Below, one piece after another: positions 13,702 through 26,510 of a DNA stretch of 64,000 nt. Source of the DNA: Octopus sinensis (lineage: Eukaryota). The notes beneath the pieces were generated by a model that did not search any database, was not told where the DNA came from, and worked only from the letters and a program-made list of their open reading frames with translations. The position numbers and the translations under genes are program-made. The stretch is taken from NCBI RefSeq assembly GCF_006345805.1, contig NC_042997.1, forward strand, positions 108,934,001 to 108,998,000, in the 5' to 3' direction. The first letter of the stretch is position 1, and every line of letters begins with the position of its first letter.

Positions 13702-13773
13702 GGACATATGGCGTAGTGCTTAAGAGCGTGGGCTACTAACCCAAGATTCCGAGTTCGATTCCAGGCAGTGACC
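13702..13773 (+). promoter_or_regulatory. tRNA-like cassette (Pol III A/B boxes) in the PLE 3' region
   Basis: A-box-like TGGCGTAGTGC (13709-13719), anticodon-like arm TGGG-CTACTAA-CCCA, B box GAGTTCGATTCC (13751-13762) and a degenerate acceptor stem GGACATA/AGTGACC. Confidence 0.7.
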
Positions 13774-13849
13774 TGATTAATAATAATAATAATAATAACA
13801 ACAACAACATCGAAAATGAATGAGAAGCTAGGTTCAAAATTTCCCTAAG

Positions 13850-13893
13850 ACACCTGATGAAGGTTGGAGAGTATAACGGCCGAAACGTTGTGT
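13850..13893 (+). ncRNA. minimal type I hammerhead ribozyme (PLE type)
   Basis: Stem I ACAC/GTGT, core CTGATGA plus an extra A, stem II GGTTG/CGGCC, GAAA, palindromic stem III AACGTT. Predicted GUU cleavage after 13889. Confidence 0.75.
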
Positions 13894-14375
13894 TAAGAAC
13901 AAACAAGATGAGCACAACTATCCACTGTAAATAATGCACTTGCACGTTATTTTCATTTTCACGAACAGGCTTTTCCGTTGACCGGATCAACTGGAACCCT
14001 GAAAGTCGTAAGCACGGATGCTGACACATAGATAGAGCGCCATTAAGCCATTCATGCATAGCGTCCAGAAAAATGGACGCCGGAAAAATTTCTATTGCTT
14101 GTTTAGTAAACTACGAATTGAGTTTATTTTTGGTATAGTCTGCCTCTAAACTAGTGCTCTGTAAGTGAGTAATTTTTCCTGTGTCCATTTTTCTGTGTGC
14201 TATACATTAAGGAGTTAATGGCATCACCTCCCCTTATGTGCCGCAGGCATTGTTATTGCTGGGTCGGGCTTAAATTATTCCGGACTGCTCATGTTCAGCT
14301 GCAGCAGCAACAGCATGAGCAAGAGCAGCAAGAGCAGCAGCAGCAAGAGCAGCAGCAACAGCCGTTCAAGAGTTT

Positions 14376-14570
14376 GGACCCGGAGATCTCCATTTCCAAC
14401 GACTTCGAGGGCCACCTCCCATTGGTGTCGGGCGTTAACGAAGAGCCCTCGACTACAACAAGACGACCAAAGTTTTTTCTTCCAGTGCCTGGGGTCTCCC
14501 TCTCCTAAGCCCTAGACCATCACCTTAATCACCCTTGCCCGTCTTGTTGCTTAACAACAACAACAACAGT
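14376..14570. repeat. unclassified ~200-bp interspersed repeat flanked by CAG and CAA tracts (copy 1)
   Basis: Clearly homologous to 62392-62618. Confidence 0.75.
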
Positions 14571-14604
14571 AGCAGCAGGAATTGTAGCAACAGCAGCAGT
14601 AATA

Positions 14605-14772
14605 TTGGTTTCAAATTGTGGCACAAAGCCAGCAATTTCTTCAACGCCAGTCTTCAACTGGTACTTATTCTATCGATCCCGAAAGGATGAAAGGCACAGT
14701 CGACCTGGGTGGAATTTGAACTCAGAACATAAAGACGGACGATATGCCGCTAAGCATTTGGTCCGGCGGGCT
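14605..14772 (-). mobile_element. SINE family B copy
   Basis: Core AACTGGTACTTATTCTATCGATCCCGAAAGGATGAAAGGC...GAATTTGAACTCAGAAC. Confidence 0.7.
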
Positions 14773-15145
14773 TGTTACACCTTACATTAATATATCGATG
14801 TAGTGAAGTGCAAATAGAATTTCGGGCGTCAGTTGCTCTGGCTCAGAGTACTTTGGGCTCAAACTCCGCTGGGGCCAACGCCAGCCTTCCTTCCTTCGAT
14901 GTCACTAAATAATGTACCAGTCAAGTCGTTGGGTTTTCTTGATCATTTCAAACCCTTTCTCCCAATTATCTGTCTGGAGGGATTAAGGAAAGATGGTTCC
15001 AAATGGTGACCCTCACCACAAATCCTTTTGTCGTCAAAATACAGGAAGACAGCTAGTGGCAGCAGCTGCAGTAGTAATAGTAGTGGTTGTAACAGCAGTA
15101 GCAACAGCAGTAATAGTGACAGTAGCAGTACTTGTAACAGTAGTA

Positions 15146-15195
<50 letters not shown>

Positions 15196-15462
15196 CTGGT
15201 AGATGTAGTAGCAGTACTCAGATAGTAAAAACGAGTTTACATCTGTGTATATGTGTGTATATGTGTATGTATGTGTGTGTATGTATGTATGTATTTTTGT
15301 ATGGATTTTGTATGTATGTATGCATATATGTGTGTGTATGTATGTATTTTGTATGTATGTATGTATTTATGTGTGTGTATGTATGTACGTATTTTTGTAT
15401 GTGTGTATTTTGTATGTATGTATCTATGTATGTATGTTATATATATATATGTGTGTGTGCGC

Positions 15463-15479
<17 letters not shown>

Positions 15480-15520
<41 letters not shown>

Positions 15521-15648
15521 ACGTGTAATGGCAGTGTTGGTGTTGCGTTCATTGAGAAATTGCCTTAAAGTACTCCAGACTGATTTCATCATCTAATCTC
15601 GTATCATTGCTTCAATAATTATTTCGTTTAAAAGAACAGCATCTGGTG

Positions 15649-15679
<31 letters not shown>

Positions 15680-15821
15680 GTGTGTGTGTGTGTGCACGTG
15701 TAATGGCAGTGTTGGTGTTGCGTTCATTGAGAAATTGCCTTAAAGTACTCCAGACTGATTTCATCATCTAATCTCGTATCATTGCTTCAATAATTAATTT
15801 CGTTTAAAAGAACAGCATCTG

Positions 15822-15850
<29 letters not shown>
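15480..15850. repeat. tandem duplication of an ~130-bp unique segment, period ~175 bp, with (GT)n junctions
   Basis: GTGCACGTGTAATGGCAG...AAAAGAACAGCATCTGG occurs at ~15517-15646 and ~15692-15822, almost identical. Confidence 0.9.
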
Positions 15851-15852
<2 letters not shown>

Positions 15853-17100
15853 CGTGCGAGTGTGTAAGTGTGTGCGCGCGGGCGAGCGTGCTTACGTGTG
15901 TGTATGTGTGTGCGAATATGCGTACGACTGTGTGCGTGTGTGTACGTGCGTGCTGGCATTCACTCGCCAATGTAATTGTGTATGTTCATCGGTGCATCGG
16001 CGCGCATCTGTGCGCACGTGTGCACACGTATGTTTTCGCATGTATGTGTTTGTCTCTGTATGCGTGCCTGCGTGTGCATACTAGAGTATGAGTGTGTGCG
16101 TCGTGTGTGTCTGTGTGTATTTGTGTGTGATTTTCGCGTGTGCTGGAATGTGTTGCTGAGTCTCTGTGTCTGCATGCGTGTGTCTGTGTAGGCATGTGTG
16201 AGTGTGTTTGCGCGTGTGTGTGTGTGTGTGTGTATACGTGTGAGTGTGTGCGCGTGTGTGTTTGTGTGTGAGTGATTTGTATTATTGTTGGCGTGTGCAT
16301 ACATTTAATTTCCGAAATGGGTAAAAGATAACCATGGCAGCAGCTATTTCTTTAATCCATTTATGTAAAGGTTTTTAATCTGCAATATCAAAAATATGTT
16401 TCAATTTCTCGCTTAAAAAAAAAAAATAAATAGAAGAAAAAGAAGGAGAAGAAGAAGAAGAAGAAGAAGAAGAAGAAGAAGAAGAAGAAGAAGAAGAAGA
16501 AGAAGAAAATAGATAAAAGGACAACAAAAAATAAGGAATAGAAGAAAAATTAAGAGGGGAGAAGAGGCGGTGTGGGAGGACGAGTGAAAGAGAGAGAAAG
16601 AGATGGAATGAAAGAGGGAGAGGGGGAAAGACTGGGATTGTATGTGTATGTAAATGAGAGAGAGAGAGAGAGGGGAGAGATAGAAGGCACTGATAAATTT
16701 GTTTATTTTGGATCAAAACAACTGTGGAATAATGGATTCCTGTGATTAAGAATGTAGCTGTAGACTTAGAAGACATCTGCTGTTGTGGTGCTCATGCTTT
16801 TCCCATATAGAACACAGACGTCTTAAAGTGTTACTGTACTTCAAAGATGCTGCAGTATTGAAGCGCAACAGTTTTCCTGGAGTTACTGGTGCTGGTTTGG
16901 GACCATATTCACCCTGATTGAGCTGATCACCCCAACTATTTTCCTGGATATACACGCATACGTATATACGCAGACAAGAGTAAACAGACACCCCATAAAA
17001 CATCGTTTTATGTTTATTCTAACTTGTGAAGGTTTAATTTCTTTTTTATTAATTGACATTTTTATATTTCAGCTTCTATATGTGACTGTTTAATCAGGCT

Positions 17101-18107
17101 ATGTACAAAAGAAGCCTTGGAACTGTCTGAATTTCAAAGAGGCCTTGTTGTGGGTCAATCTGAAGGTAGACATAGCGTAAAATCACAGAAAACCTTGGGA
17201 TTCCGCTTTCTACAGTTAACAGGGTGACTGTACAATCCACCGCAGAGGGGAAGGAGTCCACATCACCTCGCTCAGGTTGACCAAGGCTCTATGACAGGAC
17301 CCTTCTCTTTGTTAAGAGAAGTGTGGAGGATAATCCTCATTGCAAGGTCTCTGACATAGCTGAGCAAGTTGATGTCAGTCCCAGAACAGTTGTCAGGTAT
17401 CTCCACAAACTTGGTTACTATGGCAGAGCAGCAAGAAGGAAGCCACTTCTTTGACCAGCCAATATCAAGCGGAGAAAAGATTAAGCTAGTGAGATGGTGG
17501 AGTGGCCACTAGCATTTTGGGACACTGTCATTTTCTCCATTGAGTCTAGATTTGCTGTATTTTCTGAGAGCGGTCGAGTGTGGGTCTGGAGACTCTGTGA
17601 TCAAGAATTTGACGTGAAAAGATAGCAGCCAACAATGAAACATGGCAGCTATTCTGTGATGGTATGAGGATTAATTTGGAGCATTGGTCAGTCAGAGCTG
17701 GTGGAGTGTAAGGGAAACATAAACTCAGATAAATATGTGTCCATATTGCAGAAAGGACTCCTTCCAATCTTCTCCAGTTTAATCTCCAAATGATTAAAGA
17801 AGACACTTTATTTATGGCAGATAGGGCTCCTTGTCACACGGCTAAAATGACACAAGATTTGTTGGATGAGAATGGTATTAAAAAGCTTCCATGGCCAAGC
17901 CAGTCACCAGATATGAACCCTATTGAACACTTCTGGGACATAATGGACAGGACACTTCATAAAAAGAACAAGAAAGCATCTTCAAAGCTGTTACTGCATG
18001 GAACTTGGCAAGAAATTCCACAAGAGAATATTCATCATCTGATCAGTAGCATGCTTAATAGGGTCCTTGCATTCAAAACTGCAAAGGGCATGTCTACTAA
18101 ATATTAG
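17101..18107 (+). pseudogene. Tc1-like (DD34E) transposase relic
   Basis: ELSEFQRGLVVG N-terminus, RAARRKPLL, VIFSIESRF, FMADRAPCH, LPWPSQSPDMNPIEHFW and terminal GMSTKY*. Multiple stops and frameshifts. Confidence 0.88.
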
Positions 18108-18139
18108 ATATTCACATTACAACAATTAATAAATAATTT

Positions 18140-19046
18140 GAACAGATAATACCCGTCGTTGATTGGGTAATTACTTTTGCAGTTTCTCAGGACGAGAAGC
18201 TAGAAAAATGGGTATATCATATAGAAGAATAGCTTTACGGAATCTGGGTGACTGCGATGGCACTTAAAAGGCTAGAGGTCAAGTGGAACAGCCATTTGTC
18301 ACTGTTCCTTTTGACGTTTGAATAGGCGGTATGCCAAAGGAGAATTTAAAGGTTCCCTTTGAACGTGAATGAAGCTAGAAGAATAGCTATATCATATAGA
18401 AGAATAACTTTACGGAATCCAGGTGAGTGTGCGATGGCACTGAGAAGGCCATAGGTGAAGTGGAAGAACCATTTGTCACGGTTTTTTTTTTACATTTGAA
18501 TAGGCCATATGTCCACGGAGAATTGAAAGATTCAGTTTCGAATCTGAACCACGGTGAGACTACGACTACAGATTTAGGTTTACTCGTCCTCTGTGTGTGT
18601 ATGATACGAAAGAAAAATCATGTAATAATTAAAGTAGAAAAAAGATGGAACGAGGACGGTGTCACTTTCACCATTACCAGTGAGAATATTTGCCTGAATG
18701 CAGCACCTCACAGGTTTGTGCAGAATTAATGTTGTACTATTGCATAATTTTTGTAGAGAAATTAGGCAATGGTATAATAAGATATATACAAAAATGCGAA
18801 ATAGCTTTCCTTGAACCATTTACTTTCATTTTGGTGGACAAACAAACGAACAAACACACAAACGGAGAGAATCTCTCTTTTATATATATATATATATAAT
18901 ATATATATATATATATAATATATATATATATATATAGCAAATAAAAGATAGATAAATAAAGATAATAGCTTACCTTGAAACATTTACTTACATTTTGGTG
19001 GACTAAGAAACGAAGAAACACACAAACGGACAGAATCCCTCTTTTA
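18140..19046 (-). mobile_element. non-autonomous Helitron-like element(s) with internal direct repeats
   Basis: Two diverged TATATAAAAGAG...TTTGTGTGTTTG-type starts on the minus strand (~18885 and ~19046). An internal ~170-bp repeat (GAAGCTAGAA...GCGATGGCACT at ~18197 and ~18371). A terminal hairpin ACCCAATCAACGACGGGT resembling that at 37609-37624. Confidence 0.45.
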
Positions 19047-19850
19047 TACAAGGCGTGTAAGATATTTGAGAACAGAATTATGTTTATATAAAACATTTAT
19101 CAAATAAATCTTTTCAATAATGTTATTCAATAAAACCACCTTCAGCTTAACAACCGCTTCTATATGAGATCTAAATCATCTACATGCTCGAATCAAGTAG
19201 TCCTGATTCATTTTGAACATTACTCGCACTATGACAGCTTTCAAGGAATCTTTGGTGCTATGGGCGTGTTCGTTGACTTCTCTCTCTCAACAACGCTCCA
19301 CATGTAATAGTCCAATGGATTGAGATCTGGGGAATTAGGAGACCAAAATGTTAGGGGTTATGTGAGAATGAAAATTTTCAGCTGTTCATTCCTGTGTTAC
19401 TGGAGTCATGTATGAGAGTGCAGCGTCTTACTGAAACACATATGGCCTTCCATTGCATACACTGTCTATCCAGGGCTTAACAGTTGTTTCCAGGACCTCA
19501 ATGTAGGCAGCAGAGTTAACTCTAAGGCCTTTTGGAAAGAAGTAAGGAGGCATCACATATCCTTCATTGCTGATAACCTCTAAAACCATAACAGTTGCAG
19601 GGAATTTTGTATGCATAACACATGGAACTTCAGAAGGGTCTGCACATAAGCATCTGTCATTTCTTCTGTTAACTGTTTGATCTTGGGCGAAGTCTTTCTC
19701 GTTTGAGAAAAACCAAAATCAAATCTTCTTCTGCTGGATTTTTCAGTTTGTTTAAGAGCCTTTTAGATCTGATGTAGTGATTTTCTTTTGCTTTTTCGGA
19801 CAAGTTGACCTTCCGTCATCAAATATCCTGGATACATTGGAACGAACCTT
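19047..19850 (-). pseudogene. maT/DD37D-like Tc1-mariner superfamily transposase relic
   Basis: Minus strand: WFFSNEKDF, TKFPATVMVLEVISNEG, YVFQ*DAALSY and WSPNSPDLNPLDYYMW. Confidence 0.8.
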
Positions 19851-21080
19851 TAAACCATTCCAAGGGTTGTATAACAATATTTCGTTTCCTATTTTGTGTT
19901 TATGAATATTATTGTTGCTCAGTATGCCATATATTCTCTTTGAATTCAGTCATTTAATGCGCAAAGGCGATAATAAGAAACAAGATTAAAGGATTCCTTT
20001 TCGGGGAATAAACAGAATAAATGCTTATTATTGATTCTTTTATTCTATCATTTTCTTTTATTCGTTTCTGTCATTTGATTGCGGCCATACTGGAGCACCG
20101 CCTTTTATTGAAGAAATCGGTCTCAGGACTTATTCTTTGTAAGCCTGGTATCTATTCTGTCGGTCCCTGATATTAATTTAATTTTTCAAGGTTACTGGGG
20201 GATAGTTAGAATTTATGCCAATATACGGCGATTTCTTGTTGAGTTTAATCTAAACGTATTGCTTAAGAAAGCCTAAATCTGGAGTCATATTTAAGGAATT
20301 AACTATGCCTTCATTGACATTTATTTTGATGTTTAACTTAAATCTTTTTCAAGGTGTTAATGCATTTTCCCCTAAACGTTGTCATTGTATAGCTTTTAAT
20401 CTTTTAATATTTTGAGAAAAGAGTAATCCATTATTATGCTAAGCACCGAATTCTTGAGAGAAATCCTTCCGGAATACTTCTATGATATACAATCGTACAA
20501 ATGAGGAGAATCAGGAATTCCTTGCAACATTTCATTATTTACTTAGAAATTTACGACAAGGAAAGTCTCTAAAATGTATTATTTCTCAAACAAAGGATCA
20601 CCTATATCAATTAAAGACTGTCATATAATTGCGGGAAAAAAATTTCACTCCTTGTTACCCGTTATTACTTCCCTAAACATATACACCTTTTTCACTTGTA
20701 ATACTGAAGGCATAAAACGTCATTTATTTCGCAGGAGACTGGAAGAATACATCAGGTGTTTTAGAAATGAGAATTGGAAACATAAATACGCGACGTATTT
20801 CCAAATGAGTTTCGATGAGTAATCGTATGTCATTGAATCATTTTTATTTCAAGCTACTTAAGTATATTTTTGCTAATATATTATCACGCTAAGAAGATTT
20901 TTTTCTAAGTCGCTTGAATAAGTGTCAACGTAAAACTCGGAGTTGCGGTTCAAGAGCACTCAACACCAAACAATATAACTATATATATAGTTCAAATTTG
21001 GGAAAAACAAAAATACGAAGGCAGGTGAAGGAACAACAAACAGGTGTAATTTTTTGACACTCAGGAAGAATAGAAAAGCC

Positions 21081-21114
21081 TTTGATGTTTCGAGCCTACG
21101 CCCTTCGACAGAAA
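21081..21114 (-). ncRNA. degenerate minimal hammerhead-like motif in a pLTR-like repeat
   Basis: Minus strand TTT-CTGTCGA-A-GGGC(GTAG)GCTC-GAAA-CA-TC-AAA. The core has T at conserved A6 and stem III is imperfect. Confidence 0.4.
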
Positions 21115-21968
21115 TGATTCCGGAAAAAAGATAGAGAGAACGAAGAAAAACAGAGAGAGATAAAATGTGTAGGGATTAAAGGTTCAACATGATATATTCT
21201 TATCCAAGAGTGAGATGAATAAGAACGTTCCTTGTGGCAGAGTTGAGAATTGTAGTGTATTTACTGCATGAAACCAATGGTAGACTTGTTACCCCGCAAA
21301 TTAAGAATATTTATCTACAAGTGCGGTGTTGAGCACTCATTCTCTCTGTTCAGCATTATCGTATATGTGTGTGTGTGTGTGTGTTTGTGTGTGTGCGTGT
21401 GTGTGTACGTGTGCACGAGTAAGAGTGTGTGTGTGTGTGTATACGCATGCATATATATATTATGTATACATATATTTATATAAATATATACGTTGTCGCG
21501 TCCATATAGATGCAGAAATCCAAAAAACGACAGTGAAGTTAAAAATGTAGAGAAAATGAAGATATTAGGAGAGTGATAAGGAAAACTTAAAGAAAGATCG
21601 CATTAATATTGTCGTAATGTCGCTGCCAGCTTTATTCAGCCTTCCTCACCAATTCATTTCAATGCGTTTCTTATTTTATTAATCATTTCATTCTGTCTCG
21701 CCCCGCCTCCTCCGCCTCTCCTGAACAACCTTGCCCTCACCATATATTACTCTTTTTCTTTATCTCTCTCTCCCTCCTGTCTGTCTGTCTGTGTGTCTCA
21801 CACTGTCTTTTTTCTTTTTTTCACTCTCTTTCGCTTTCAGGCAGGTTTTGCTGCATTCTAATATTACCACATTTTTACTCGACTCACTGAACATCGTGCC
21901 GAGTTTAGCAGTTCGTTGCATGCACACACCTCTGTGTGTGTGTGTGTGTGTATGTATGTGTGTGTGAT

Positions 21969-22004
<36 letters not shown>

Positions 22005-22120
22005 ATATAAAATACATGAATTTATGTGTATATGTTTCTGTTCCTACACATATATATATATATGTGTGTGTTATATACATACATATATATATATACATAC
22101 ATATATATATATATACTACA

Positions 22121-22193
<73 letters not shown>

Positions 22194-22285
22194 AAGAGAG
22201 ACTAACATGCATACATACACATCAGTAGAACTTTTGTATGTATATATGTGTTCACTTACACACAGTGACACATACCCCTCTCTCC

Positions 22286-22346
<61 letters not shown>

Positions 22347-22651
22347 TTAATATACGCTTCTCGATGTATTTAAAATATGTAAATGAATATATATACACGG
22401 ATGTAAATATACGAACATGCATGCATACATATATATATTGATGTGTATAAACAGGTGCATTTACCTATTTCCATATATACACACACATATACATGTGTAA
22501 GTTTATGCATCAGTATGTGCCTTGCTGTTACAAAACCTGTACAATACACAAATTCTCCAATTCTCCAGATGTCTGCAAACAAAAACTTCCTGAGAACAAC
22601 TGAGCTGACAGAATAGAAGAGAGAGAGAGAGAGAGAGAGGGGGGGGAGAGG

Positions 22652-22690
<39 letters not shown>

Positions 22691-22835
22691 TGAGGGAGAG
22701 AGAAAGAGGTTCATCTTGGGATTTTCCATTCCAGCAGGAAACCAATAGATTCAATTAGTGTGTGGCGGATGGATGAGGAATTACAATTTAGATTCCCTTA
22801 TTTCCTTACAACTTGCATTCAACCTTTCTTTTTAT

Positions 22836-22909
<74 letters not shown>

Positions 22910-23042
22910 GGTATTTGTGTATGTGTATGTGGTGTGCATCGATGCCCACACACATACAGACATATATATATGTATATATATATTTACACACATGCACGCA
23001 TATGATAAATATAATATTTATATATACACTCAAGACACATAT

Positions 23043-23122
<80 letters not shown>

Positions 23123-23129
23123 ATATATA

Positions 23130-23189
<60 letters not shown>

Positions 23190-23602
23190 AGAGGGTGCGA
23201 GGGAAAGAGAGAGAGATAGAGAATGAGAAAGAGTGAGAGAGAGAGAGAGAGAGAGAGATAAAGGGTGGATTGTTATATACAGTGACTCTCAATTTCAATC
23301 CAGTTTATCCAGGCATGCCGATATGTGCTTTAGCGACGAACTCTGTGTGTGTGTGTGTATGTGTTCGTATATATATATATAATGCATGTATATATATATA
23401 TATTAATATGTGTATATAAATATATATCTATATATATAAATATATACCTATATATATATATATATATATGTAGGTATTTGTGTATGTGTATGTGTGTGCA
23501 TCGATGCCCACACACATACAGACATATATATATGTATATATATATTTACACACATGCACGCATATGATAAATATATATTATATATACACTCAAGACACAT
23601 AT

Positions 23603-23664
<62 letters not shown>

Positions 23665-23704
23665 CTATCTATCTATCTATATATATATATATTATATATA
23701 TATA

Positions 23705-23756
<52 letters not shown>

Positions 23757-24179
23757 AGAGGGTGCGAGGGAAAGAGAGAGAGATAGAGAATGAGAAGAGT
23801 GAGAGAGAGAGAGAGAGAGAGATAAAGGGTGGATTGTTATATACAGTGGACTCTCAATTTCAATCCAGTTTATCCAGGCATGCCGATATGTGCTTTAGCG
23901 ACGAACTCTGTGTGTGTGTGTGTATGTGTTCGTATATATATATATATAATGCATGTATATATATATATTATTAATATGTGTATATAATATATATCTATAT
24001 ATATAAATATATACCTATATATTATATATATATGTATGTATATATATATAAATATATTTACACACACATACACACATGAATATATTGTTGCTTCCCACTT
24101 GCCCTTCTGTGTATCTTCGCATCCATATATCCTTATCAATGAAACATTACTTATGTTTTAGTCTATCTATCTATCTATA

Positions 24180-24261
<82 letters not shown>

Positions 24262-24266
24262 CGTGT

Positions 24267-24306
<40 letters not shown>

Positions 24307-24317
24307 ACGTGTGTGTA

Positions 24318-24552
24318 CAGTAATCCTTTGCCATATCGCGGTTCAGCTATCGCGGTTCAACTATCGCGGTTTATTATTTAAGCTTACGTCGATTCCTCTG
24401 TGGTGTTGTTTTGCATTTGTAATGAAATAAATATATACAAATTATAGAAATAATTAAAAAAAACACACTGTACAGTACTGTTTCTACTTCGTGGATTTTC
24501 ACTTATCGCGGGGATTGGTAACACAACACCTGCAATAGTCGAGTGATTACCA
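24318..24552. mobile_element. Tigger/pogo-like MITE
   Basis: TA-flanked, with imperfect TIRs CAGTAATCCTTTGCCATATCGCGG / CCTGCAATAGTCGAGTGATTACCA and subterminal TATCGCGG repeats. Confidence 0.65.
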
Positions 24553-24880
24553 TACATATATATATATATAATGTGCTTATGGATATTATTTTATGTGTGT
24601 CACCGTGGTGTCTGTATGTGTAGGTTAGCGAGTCCGTTCGTATTTGTATGTGTATGTACCTGTGTGTCTTACTTTGGTCTTTATAAGCCACTCCCTTCCA
24701 GCTCTTTTATGTTTCTTGGATTTCTCAATTCTTTGTTATCGCTCGCAGTTCACATTTCTAATAAGTTGTGTTCTGCGAAGAAGAAAGAAACGAAGAGAAT
24801 AATTACTGCTTCATATTAAATTGGATCTCTCTCAGAGTCACCTATTTATCTACTCAATTAGGGTTAGGGTATGTGTATAC

Positions 24881-24933
<53 letters not shown>

Positions 24934-24944
24934 ATCTATCTATC

Positions 24945-25015
<71 letters not shown>

Positions 25016-25452
25016 ATATATATGGAGAGGGTGCGAGGGAAAGAGAGAGAGATAGAGAATGAGAAAGAGTGAGAGAGAGAGAGAGAGAGAGATAAAGGGT
25101 GGATTGTTATATACAGTGGACTCTCAATTTCAATCCAGTTTATCCAGGCATGCCGATATGTGCTTTAGCGACGAACTCTGTGTGTGTGTGTGTATGTGTT
25201 CGTATATATATATATATAATGCATGTATATATATATATATTAATATGTGTATATAAATATATATCTATATATATAAATATATACCTATATATATATATAT
25301 ATATATGTATGTATATATATATAAATATATTTACACACACATACACACATGAATATATTGTTGCTTCCCACTTGCCCTTCTGTGTATCTTCGCATCCATA
25401 TATCCTTATCAATGAAACATTACTTATGTTTTAGTCTATCTATCTATCTATA

Positions 25453-25530
<78 letters not shown>

Positions 25531-25591
25531 CGTGTACGTGTATGTGTGTGTGTGTGTGTGTGGTGTGTGTGTGTGTGTTAACGTGTGTGTA

Positions 25592-25825
25592 CAGTAATCC
25601 TTGCCATATCGCGGTTCAGCTATCGCGGTTCAACTATCGCGGTTTATTATTTAAGCTTACGTCGATTCCTCTGTGGTGTTGTTTTGCATTTGTAATGAAA
25701 TAAATATATACAAATTATAGAAATAATTAAAAAAAACACACTGTACAGTACTGTTTCTACTTCGTGGATTTTCACTTATCGCGGGGATTGGTAACACAAC
25801 ACCTGCAATAGTCGAGTGATTACCA
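25592..25825. mobile_element. Tigger/pogo-like MITE (second copy, carried by the tandem duplication)
   Basis: Same sequence and flanks as 24318-24552. Confidence 0.65.
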
Positions 25826-26151
25826 TACATATATATATATATAATGTGCTTATGGATATTATTTTATGTGTGTCACCGTGGTGTCTGTATGTGTAGGTTA
25901 GCGAGTCCGTTCGTATTTGTATGTGTATGTACCTGTGTGTCTTACTTTGGTCTTTATAAGCCACTCCCTTCCAGCTCTTTTATGTTTCTTGGATTTCTCA
26001 ATTCTTTGTTATCGCTCGCAGTTCACATTTCTAATAAGTTGTGTTCTGCGAAGAAAGAACGAAGAGAATAATAACGGCTGCTCATATTAAATTGGATCTC
26101 TCTCAGAGTCACCTATTTATCTACTCAATTAGGGTTAGGGTATGTGTATAC

Positions 26152-26236
<85 letters not shown>

Positions 26237-26255
26237 GTTTATCTGTCTGTCTGAT

Positions 26256-26348
<93 letters not shown>

Positions 26349-26510
26349 GTCTGTCTGTCTGTTTGTCGTTATGTTTGAATATCCATACAACTTTTATTTT
26401 CTCCGCCTGTAAGATCCTTTCGATTCAATATTTCCCAGTCAAAACTTGAGGAGAAATTCAAGCATCGTCTCTGCATTTTTTGTATGCTTTTTAAATACAT
26501 TTGTTTATGG

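Larger units (their letters stand above)
22900..26160. repeat. complex tandem duplication (A-B-A-B-C-B-C) embedded in (TA)n/(TATC)n
   Basis: Block A (GTAGGTATTTG...CAAGACACAT) at ~22907 and ~23470. Block B (ATGGAGAGGGTGCGAGGG...GCGACGAACTCTG) at ~23186, ~23753 and ~25022. Block C at ~24050-24880 and ~25320-26150. Copies are near-identical. Confidence 0.9.

Noticed and set aside
13702-13773. Functional tRNA gene
   Set aside because: Acceptor and T stems are mismatched and it is embedded in a retroelement. Treated as a tRNA-derived cassette.
14197-14508. PolyQ ORF as a host exon
   Set aside because: It overlaps an interspersed repeat whose second copy does not keep this frame.
24858-24870. 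TTAGGG telomeric motif
   Set aside because: Only two units, duplicated passively at ~26129. Expected by chance.
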